35,271 nucleotides of DNA from Ginkgo biloba (taxonomy: Eukaryota; Plantae; Ginkgophyta): positions 239,581,497-239,616,767 of the forward strand of contig JANKJI020000002.1 of assembly GCA_024626585.2 (NCBI GenBank). The letters are read 5' to 3'. The translations under genes were made by a program, and so were the position numbers. The notes beneath the pieces are model-generated. The model was not told where the DNA came from. It made no database searches and saw nothing but the letters and a program-made list of their open reading frames with translations. This document shows, piece after piece, positions 25,801 to 35,271 of the stretch. The first letter of the stretch is position 1, and each line of letters opens with the position of its first letter.

Positions 25801-26590
25801 TTGTGCGTTGGGCCCATCATTGGTTCAACCAAGTAAAAGTGAAGCCCAAAAGACCAATAGAAAGGAAGAGCTTTGAAAAGCGACTAAGTATTGCAACCTA
25901 GCTTTAATGTGTTGGGCTTCACTTTTGGTCCTATCGATAAGCTTAGCAAAGGAGGTGGGTTAAGTTCAAGCTTGACAAATTAAGAGAGAGAATGACAAGA
26001 AAGAATATATTAATGTCTGCATGTTACCAAAAAGCAATCAATAGGACTATAATAATGGGCACAAATGTTGCATGTCAGGGGAGTGCATCAAGCATCTCCA
26101 CTGCTAAAGCTAAGATCTAAAAGAGTGCTCTACTGAAAGGACTCTAAATTAGGAGCAACAAGTGATAAATAAAGAGTACATCCAAATGGAACATGAGGAC
26201 TCTTTTGGAAGGGGCATCCCTTTCACGTCCTAAATTGGGGTTTATAAAACCCCTAATACGCCAAATGAGGTCGTTGAATATCTGCCAAGTTTGCAATGAG
26301 AGATCTATGGGTCATCCAAACTAACAAAATCTCCAAAGGCTTGCCTAATGATCTCCTTTGTAGTTTTCTTGCCCTTGGCTTCTAGATTGTTATCAATTGT
26401 TCGTCCGCACCTCTCACTGGCTTGATATCTCCCTCTCCTAAAATCCAAGGTCGAGGCTCCTTTGTTTAACATAAAGAAGTTGATGATGAGGCCATTTCTT
26501 GCAGATCTGGATTTCCCTCTCTCGGTCCATAAGGGCCTCGCTTAATGTGTTTGATGTGTCTCCCACTAGGTTGTGTAGGAGGTTGATAAT
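22860..26590 (-). mobile_element. 3' part of a minus-strand LTR retrotransposon (spacer, extra-ORF remnant, PPT, 3' LTR)
   Basis: Minus-strand PPT AAGGAGGGGGTAGA (23840-23827) is directly followed by TGTTAG (23826-23821). Upstream are decayed E/K/Q-rich coding-like sequence (23900-25110) and a segment (25375-25455) homologous to 32218-32296. Outer boundaries are uncertain. Confidence 0.55.
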
Positions 26591-26949
26591 AGNNNNNNNN
26601 NNNNNNNNNNNNNNNNNNNNNNNNNNNNNNNNNNNNNNNNNNNNNNNNNNNNNNNNNNNNNNNNNNNNNNNNNNNNNNNNNNNNNNNNNNNNNNNNNNNN
26701 NNNNNNNNNNNNNNNNNNNNNNNNNNNNNNNNNNNNNNNNNNNNNNNNNNNNNNNNNNNNNNNNNNNNNNNNNNNNNNNNNNNNNNNNNNNNNNNNNNNN
26801 NNNNNNNNNNNNNNNNNNNNNNNNNNNNNNNNNNNNNNNNNNNNNNNNNNNNNNNNNNNNNNNNNNNNNNNNNNNNNNNNNNNNNNNNNNNNNNNNNNNN
26901 NNNNNNNNNNNAATGAGAAAAGCCTACAAATGTGCTAATCTTTGAGCAC

Positions 26950-29900
26950 ATGGTGTTGTACCTCTACTCAAAGCTAGTGGGAGCATACTCTTAACTACCC
27001 AATAGGTAATTGCATTCTATGTGACTTGGAGATTCAAGTAGCTTGGAGGATAAACGGTGCCTCAACAATATAGAGGAAGTGCTTGTAGTAGAAGGCCATC
27101 TTATGATTTAGAGCCTTGGGTGGAGAGATCCATGTGGACTAGATGTATGCCTTGTACATGTCCCCTTTGCTCATTAATCTCCTCCTTCATGAGTAGGAGA
27201 TTAGGTGCATATAGAGAGAATTTGAAAGGTGACAATCGATGGATTGATATCTTGATCATTTGTGCCAGTCATTTCTACATGTGGTGGTCTATTTATCTAC
27301 CACCATTAGTGAGGCTAGATAACGATATTGTCCTCTCCCTATGTTGGTGCCTGCCATGGCTTGGACTATATGTATGTATGCTTAGGTCCAAAATATAGTA
27401 TCCAGGCATAGTGGATGAGCTCCAAACTCTACTTGGAGAACACTCTAAGGTACTGTCCACTTGTAGTGAATGATCCTAGGCAGCATGAGTGTTTGGATTC
27501 TCTCCAACTGTGCTCAATCACCTATAGATATGCTCGTCCCCATACTTGTTGGCATAGAGAGTAGTCATCCCTAGTAAGGTTTTAAACAACGACTGTTTCT
27601 TAGAAATATTCTAAAACTAGAATTGGAAACACTCCCTCTCAAGAAGGAAAAGGCGGGCGTATCCTTTCCATAGTCGAGATTGAGCTGCTAGGCTTATGGT
27701 AAAGGTAGGACCACAAAACTAGACACGGAGATAGGTGTAAGAGGATACCACATTGACTACTTGATCCCTAAAGGTGAAGTGAAGTCGCAAGGGAGTACTT
27801 GCAAATGTGTTGAGGACCATAGTCTTAGTCTTAGCAAGGTTCACCTCGTGGTATCATTTGTTACAAAATGAGGCTAGAACATCCAATTACCTTGGGAGCT
27901 TGTTTGAAGTGGAGGATTGAAAGAAGACATCATCAACAACGAGAAGGATATCATGAAGAAAACACCCATCCTCTACTTGCATAACCTCTTGAATATGTTG
28001 TTGGAGCTCATCAATGAACACGACAAACAAAGTGTTTAAGAGAGGTCATCCTCGTTTAACCCCAATAGTGCTCGGGATGTCTCTAGATAATCCACTTGCA
28101 ATACAAACTCAACGCACAACCTTCTTATATAAGGTAGTAAATGTAACAATCTCTTTATGAGATGTCTTGGTGCTATGTCAAACGCTTTCTTGAAGTCTAC
28201 AAGACAACAATAGACTTTAAATGCCCATATGTGGCCTCCTCGATGATAGCTTTGAGTGTAAGAATGTGTTCTAAGAGTTTGGTGGTCCCGACAAAAACCT
28301 TCTTGTCCTCGCTTTGAGGTCCACTCTCTTGGCTAACTCTGAGATATAAGTGTCCAAAATAATGGACTNNNNNNNNNNAGTCATGATGGTATGATAATTC
28401 CCAAGATTTGATGCATCTTGTAATTTAAAGATGGGGTGTACTATGTTTGATGCCCAAGAGGGGACAAAGCGTGAGCAATTAATCTCCTTAAACAATACTG
28501 TAATAGTTAAGGAAAGTTTATGGACATCATATTTGAGAAATTCTATTTATAGGTCTTCAATGTCTTTAGTTTTACTAGTTTGGAGTTTATAAATGGTTTT
28601 TTGGACTTCATGTCAGGTAAAGCTATGTTACGAGGAGCNNNNNNNNNNNNNNNNNNNNNNNNNNNNNNNNNNNNNNNNNNNNNNNNNNNNNNNNNNNNNN
28701 NNNNNNNNNNNNNNNNNNNNNNNNNNNNNNNNNNNNNNNNNNNNNNNNNNNNNNNNNNNNNNNNNNNNNNNNNNNNNNNNNNNNNNNNNNNNNNNNNNNN
28801 NNNNNNNNNNNNNNNNNNNNNNNNNNNNNNNNNNNNNNNNNNNNNNNNNNNNNNNNNNNNNNNNNNNNNNNNNNNNNNNNNNNNNNNNNNNNNNNNNNNN
28901 NNNNNNNNNNNNNNNNNNNNNNNNNNNNNNNNNNNNNNNNNNNNNNNNNNNNNNNNNNNNNNNNNNNNNNNNNNNNNNNNNNNNNNNNNNNNNNNNNNNN
29001 NNNNNNNNNNNNNNNNNNNNNNNNNNNNNNNNNNNNNNNNAGCAGCATGGGGGACTACTATTATGGCATATGTTAGTCTTTAAAGTTAATGTTTCAATTT
29101 ACAAATGTTTTCAGAATCGTGATTTATCATTTTAATATTTGATGTCATATGCTAGTTATATGTATCATGTTTATGGTTTCACAGTTTCATTTTGAATGTT
29201 TCATATAGATTAAGTATTTTAGCATATGTGTGACATGACTAGTTATATAAGGTTCATATTCTTTGCATCCATATATTTTTTATATATTTTTTAAAACCCT
29301 AAAATTTGTTGCTCCCTCATATCCTAGAGTTTTAAAAAGTGCCATTTCTTGTAATTGCTATTGTACCCGCTCTTGTCTTCTAGTAACTAATGGGTAAAGA
29401 AAAGGCATGATGTAGTATGGGGTTGGGTAGGCATGAGAGGGTTGGTTTGGAGCGTAGAGGGGGTCGAAGCATGAGCGTGTCATATCTCCAAATCAACCAA
29501 GTAGCAAGAGGTCTTGTGTGCCATAAGGTTTCTTCGAAAAAGCTTAGCTCGATCTTTTTGGGAGTGGACAATCTCTTCCCTTCTTGGAGACAACAAGCAT
29601 TGCCTTTTCAGGCTAAGAAGGTATTGGCATTTTTCTGGGGTCAGCTAGTGATTTTTGGGCCGAATGGAATGTCTCGTTGTAGCTTCATGTGCAGTAGTGC
29701 ACATTCTTCATCAAACCATTTGTTTATAGGCCATAACCTAGAAACAAAGGAGTGGGCGGGAGGGGAGGGGCAACATGTCGAATTTGGGAAAGATTCCAAG
29801 GTTGCTTTCCAAAGTGATCGAGTGAGGAAGTTTTCCTTTTGTTCAATTGAGAGTAAGGAGTTAAACTTTGGTAAGAAGTGAGTTATGTAGGTTCAATACT

Positions 29901-30780
29901 CCTCACCATATGCTTGATTAGAGTAGATGATAATAAGATGCGAATATGAGGGCAATGGTGATGTAAGTTTGGCGTGGCCAAAGTGTTCCTCGAGCAAAAG
30001 GTTGAGGTTTAAGATTATAAAGGTGTGGTCTACAAGTGTAGAGCAGGGGGAGATGTAGAGGTCTGTTGTAATGTGTAGGGTGGTCAAACCAGCAAGAATA
30101 TAGTCCACCACATCTAGCTCCTCCTACATGGGGATAATAGGTGTGTGGATTAGATCTAAGGAATCTTGAAAGACCATTCAAAATAAATAATTAATGTGAC
30201 TCAACAAGGCCTAAAATGTGTTGTCCATAGGTGGAGATTAGGTGTGATTTCTTTGATTGCTTGTCCAGGTCAAACTTTGAGTGTTTCAACTTGTAAGTGC
30301 CCAACTCATCCTCGAAGGCATCAGCTGCAATATCCCTGTGCGGGCATTGGAGTCTTCTAGTAAGATGATCTCACCCTGGGTGGTGAAATGAGCAATCTCC
30401 AGATAAGTCCAAATAAGGGAATCTCCACCATTATCCAAGGCAAATTGGGACGAAGTTGGAGGGAAGTAGCATATTGTCATGCATACATTGCTCCCCATGA
30501 GAGGCAAATTGAGTTGTATCCATCGAAATCTGGAGTGGGGATGTCAGTAGCAACTAGAGTGAAAAAGCACAATTTTGGGGCACACTTTGGTTTTAATGGA
30601 TCTAATTTGGAAAAACCAAGCTTGACAAAGGAAAACTCAATCAACCGGTATTGGGTCTGAAAACCAAATAGAAAAGAGGCTATTAGAGTAAAATTTGAGC
30701 TCGATAGAGAAACAATACGGACTCAAGAAAAATCTCATATTGAGACGATCTGTCCAAAACATCACAATATGCTAAAGCAT
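26950..30780 (-). mobile_element. Degenerate non-LTR retrotransposon (LINE) ORF2: APE endonuclease + RT, RTEX-like
   Basis: Endonuclease: ICYFPP...EIILLEDSNARTG (GDFNARTG-like, ORF 30507-30286), FILNGL (~30180), VVDYIL (~30105). RT: HPIFK...NYHTIM (~28440-28385), CCLVDFKKAFD (~28209-28177), TIGVKRG*PL..TLF (~28069-28027), LLVVDDV (~27948-27928, YADD box), NLAKTKTMV (~27840-27815). Confidence 0.9.
28623..29391. mobile_element. Non-autonomous hAT-like DNA transposon inserted in the LINE
   Basis: Flanked by AGGTAAAG (28615-28622) and GGGTAAAG (29392-29399), an 8-bp TSD with one mismatch. Imperfect termini CTATGTTAC / GTAACTAAT. The interior is AT-rich and partly gap, and LINE coding sequence resumes on both sides. 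Confidence 0.55.
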
Positions 30781-31188
30781 AAAGCTTGAGTAATCTAGGA
30801 GCTCCTCACAACAAGGATCAAAATCAAACAACCAAATAGTGAAAGTTTGCAGGACTGAGATGCATAAATTGACAGAAGTTCGAAAAATGATGAAGTTGCC
30901 AAAGAGAACATCTGGTATCGAGGTAAAACTTCATTTAAAGGCTTGTCAATGGATAAGAATTTGAGCCCGACTTTAGCAAAACCCTTTGACACCAACTAAA
31001 CACACATCATTTGCTACATCAGTACAATGACATGTGGCATCTAATTATATAAGCAAGTTAGAGACAAAAAGCAAAAAATGAATAGTTATGTATTTTCTTC
31101 CTAAGATCTACATGCAATTTGCTAGTTATGGAAGTCAACATTATAAAAGCTAATATGAGCTTCATGGGAAGGGGTTCAAACATTTAAG

Positions 31189-31483
31189 AGAGTTTGATAG
31201 TTGGATTTTCTTCATTCTTCATCTTCTCATTTAGCTTAAATGCTACAAGCTTGACCTCTATAGAAAGTGATATCCTAATAGCAGATCTGTTTCGAGTTTT
31301 CAAGCTTTAGAGTTTGATAGTTGGATTTTCTTCATTCTTCATCTTCTCATTTAGCTTAAATGCTACAAGCTTGACCTCTATAGAAAGTGATATCCTAATA
31401 GCAGATCTGTTTCGAGTTTTCAAGCTTTAGAGTTTGATAGTTGGATTTTCTTCATTCTTCATCTTCTCATTTAGCTTAAATGC
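31189..31483. repeat. Perfect 120-bp tandem repeat, about 2.5 copies visible, running into a 733-N gap
   Basis: Sequence at 31201, 31321 and 31441 is identical, with period exactly 120 nt and no visible mismatches. Confidence 0.95.
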
Positions 31484-32216
31484 NNNNNNNNNNNNNNNNN
31501 NNNNNNNNNNNNNNNNNNNNNNNNNNNNNNNNNNNNNNNNNNNNNNNNNNNNNNNNNNNNNNNNNNNNNNNNNNNNNNNNNNNNNNNNNNNNNNNNNNNN
31601 NNNNNNNNNNNNNNNNNNNNNNNNNNNNNNNNNNNNNNNNNNNNNNNNNNNNNNNNNNNNNNNNNNNNNNNNNNNNNNNNNNNNNNNNNNNNNNNNNNNN
31701 NNNNNNNNNNNNNNNNNNNNNNNNNNNNNNNNNNNNNNNNNNNNNNNNNNNNNNNNNNNNNNNNNNNNNNNNNNNNNNNNNNNNNNNNNNNNNNNNNNNN
31801 NNNNNNNNNNNNNNNNNNNNNNNNNNNNNNNNNNNNNNNNNNNNNNNNNNNNNNNNNNNNNNNNNNNNNNNNNNNNNNNNNNNNNNNNNNNNNNNNNNNN
31901 NNNNNNNNNNNNNNNNNNNNNNNNNNNNNNNNNNNNNNNNNNNNNNNNNNNNNNNNNNNNNNNNNNNNNNNNNNNNNNNNNNNNNNNNNNNNNNNNNNNN
32001 NNNNNNNNNNNNNNNNNNNNNNNNNNNNNNNNNNNNNNNNNNNNNNNNNNNNNNNNNNNNNNNNNNNNNNNNNNNNNNNNNNNNNNNNNNNNNNNNNNNN
32101 NNNNNNNNNNNNNNNNNNNNNNNNNNNNNNNNNNNNNNNNNNNNNNNNNNNNNNNNNNNNNNNNNNNNNNNNNNNNNNNNNNNNNNNNNNNNNNNNNNNN
32201 NNNNNNNNNNNNNNNN

Positions 32217-35200
32217 TGTTTCTAGTCCGAGTCTTATATGACTTTTGATAGTCACGTTGAAGTCAAGCTTAGAGATCTAAAGTTGTGTTCCCTTTGGTTA
32301 AAGTGAAGGGATGTTTGTTGTGAATATGAATGTTGTGATGATCCATGATTCTTCAGATCACGTGAAGGAAATTGGATGTGGGCAAAATGAGAAGATCGAA
32401 GAACCATTTATGGGTGTTGAAGGGAAGTCTACTTTGGGTCTCATGAGGAAAAGCAATTGTGTAAAAGCAAATTCCACAACTTTGCTTTGTCCTATTAATT
32501 TGAGAGGACAATCGAGTGGCAAGGCAAATATCAATGTAAGATTGGAGTGCTTTTTGCCTCGTTTGAATGGTTTGTTTATGGTAGTTGGATTGTTTGACAA
32601 ACATTCTTTAAGTATAAGAATTAATTCTTACAAATTAGTCGTCTTACAAGTGTTTAATTTCTATACATTCAAGTAGGCTAAGTTCCTCTAATAGTTTTTC
32701 ATGTAAACAAATGCATCTTTTCAACACTAAATCTACTACCATTTTATAAAAAAATCCATTGATCAATTGATATCTTGATTCTTTTAGTGCAATCACCTAT
32801 CATTCCTTGACTGACATGGTTTTCAGTGCTTCTCCCTTGGACAAAAAGTATGATATGTCTTCCAATGACTCAAGTATCACCTATACCCTAAATAGTTTGA
32901 CGTTGAGTAACTTGTCTTCATTATCAATTAGTTCTTCTCCTATGTCAATCATGGATAGATGGTATGGTTTGACATTGTGTCAGCCTAGCTTAACAATGAC
33001 ATCAAATTCAAACTATTGAAACAGTAATATCCACCGTAGGATCTTCCCTTGATGAAGTGACTAAGTATTTTAAAGCTTGGTGGTCGGTGAAGACCTTGAA
33101 TTTCTTGGCTAATAAAAAAATTTAAAATTTTTGCAAGGAGAATACCATTTCTAGTGCTTCTCTTTTCGTCATTATGTAGTTCTTATTAGGAAATAACATT
33201 TTTCTACTAGCATCATAAACTAAATTGTCTACCTAGACTGATCTAGGTTGAGCTAATATAGCTTTTATAGTAATACCTGACATGTCTATGTGAACATGGA
33301 ATATCACATCCCAGTTGGGACATTTGAGTATTGGTGCATTGGCCAACTTTTCCTTAAGAGTATCCATCGCTTCTTAATANNNNNNNNNNNNNNNCCACTT
33401 AAAATTTAGCTCGTTACTTAATAAATCCTCTATCAGTTCGGCGATGTCTGAGTATTTCCTTGTAAAATTTTGGTAATATATGATGTAGCCTAAGAACACT
33501 CTTACACCTTATTGGTCCTTAGATGGATTTAAGTCCATGATCACTTCGATTTTAGCCATATCTATCATTATACCATTCTTACACACTATATGCCCTAGTA
33601 ACTGAAGGGAGTAAATAAGATACTCTTTTTGATATTTAGGGATAGTCTAACCCACCAACATTATTCTAGCATCATCCTGAGTTATTTGATGTGATCATTC
33701 AATAGGCCATAGAATGTCCAATCATCGAAGTAGGATTATAAGAATTTATATATAAGTTCTTGAAAGACTTTTACTATTATCCATGAAAAGACTATAGGTG
33801 CATTCTTTAATATGACAGGCATGATGGTGTACGTAAATNNNNNNNNNNNNNNNNNNNNNNNNNNNNNNNNNNNNNNNNNNNNNNNNNNNNNNNNNNNNNN
33901 NNNNNNNNNNNNNNNNNNNNNNNNNNAAAATCTCACTTCCTTAGATGTTTTGTAAGATATCTTCCATGTATAGGGTTGGAAATGGATTTGTGATAGTTGG
34001 TTTGTTTAATTACCTCTAATTTACATAGACACATATCTCATTCTTCTATTTGTTTGGTTGAATAACCAAGGGACTCGTCCATTCTACCTCTTGGATGGGT
34101 TCAATGAGACCCTACTGCAATAATTGATCCATTTGTTATTTAACTCTTTCCTTATATTTTAGATTTAGTCTATAAGGTATCTTTTATATTGGTCTCACAT
34201 TTGGTTTCAATGGGATCTTCATTACACCTAGTTCCTCAAATATCCCCTTTATATCCCTGGAATCTTTAGTGAATATGTCCTGGTATTATTTTATCAATCT
34301 AATTATTTATGCTTGATGTGGTGAATCCTAATAATCATAAATATTGTCTATCTTGGGATTATCATCAAATCTAATGTTGACTTGCTTCATATTGATTTAT
34401 TTATCAATCTATTATCTTTCTACCTTTGCAAGTTCTTCTTCCAACTGTCTATCTTCCTGAATTTCTTCCAAGAAATTCTAGGGTATCATTGGTCCTTCCT
34501 CCACTGATGTCGTCAGTGTGTTCCCTTTTCCTACTATATTCCATACTAAGTTGNNNNNNNNNNNNNNNNNNNNNNNNNNNNNNNNNNNNNNNNNNNNNNN
34601 NNNNNNNNNNNNNNNNNNNNNNNNNNNNNNTGTAGAACTTGGATTGACAAACTTTCCTTTTCGCTTGTCATTGGGGATACTTCCTTGTCAGTTGTCACAT
34701 CTTCTTTCTTGTCAATTATCTTTTACTGAATGTACAACAAGATGAGTTAAAATTTTGGGTATTTATTTTTCAGTCATAAATCTTTAACAAAGTTTCCTTC
34801 CAATATTTTCCAATATGTGGTATTCCCATTATCTTCTTTGAACTAATACCAAGTATAGGGAATGAGATCTAAGGTTCTTGTAAACCTATGGGTCCATTCT
34901 TCTTTTGGAACTCTATTTCTTGTCCATGCGTCCTTATAATTATTGACATGAACTTACTAATCTCCTCTTTTTCTTTAAATCTATCACATAATAGTGTCGA
35001 TGCTTGTTGGAAGGTTTTAATCTCGTCTTTATATCCTTTCCACCACCTTACTGCGACACTTACTAGTGAATTTGACATGATGCTAAGTTTTCTTCCTTTT
35101 GTTATTGTATGTGAAACTTTCTTTAAATATTTCTTAGGTTCCCCAATGCCGACATTCCTAATCTCCTTAGGTTCCTCCTTTGGTGCTAGTTATTATAACT

Positions 35201-35271
35201 CTAACTTAAAAATAACTTGTACACTAAATCAATATTGTTGTCCTAGTTCATACTGCTCCATTTTCCATTCA
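32217..35271 (-). mobile_element. Degenerate non-chromovirus Ty3/gypsy element: gag - RT - RNase H - truncated integrase start
   Basis: Gag: AVRWWKGYKDEIKTFQQASTLLCDRF (ORF 35078-34869). Pre-RT: KQVNI..NPKI..I.DY*D...IIRLI..YQDIF (~34390-34272). RT: EPIQEVEWTSPLVIQP (~34103-34056), MPVILKNAP (~33822-33796), YFDDW (33732-33718). RNase H: NAPILKCPNWDVIFHVHID (~33341), KREALEMVFSLQKF, FTDHQALKYL (~33092-33063). YKM...VLKRC at ~32748-32714. Confidence 0.92.

Noticed and set aside
30905-31000. PBS-like TGGTATCGAGG (30913) and reverse PBS-like TTTGACACCA (~30985)
   Set aside because: Too degenerate, with no convincing adjacent LTR boundary.
31189-31483. CRISPR-like array
   Set aside because: Units are fully identical with no unique spacers, there are no cas genes, and the context is eukaryotic.
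26466-32255. Long ORFs in the track (26466-26951, 28580-29135, 31434-32255)
   Set aside because: They consist almost entirely of N-gap X residues.

Overview
AT-rich, gap-ridden draft plant genomic DNA; many gaps are about 100 N and are probably placeholders. It is most likely from a non-flowering land plant (fern, lycophyte or gymnosperm), an inference from the TE types. Most of the window is decayed, nested transposable elements: a Ty1/copia pol remnant, several Ty3/gypsy remnants (a gag-protease with four zinc knuckles, a chromovirus-type RT-RNaseH, and a non-chromovirus 'YFDDW' gag-RT-RNaseH element), an APE-type LINE interrupted by a hAT-like insertion, isolated LTR/PBS/PPT fragments, a probable Helitron 3' end, and a perfect 120-bp tandem repeat. 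One spliced host gene on the + strand (exons at about 14.6-15.8 kb) encodes a member of an uncharacterised land-plant protein family. Its next exon was not found, suggesting a TE-filled intron of more than 19 kb. I see no evidence of prokaryotic systems, RNA genes or CRISPR arrays. The most interesting leads are the apparently protease-less gypsy with a doubled capsid motif, the four-knuckle Gag, the RTEX-like LINE, and the host gene architecture. All motif translations were done by eye and no database searches were run.
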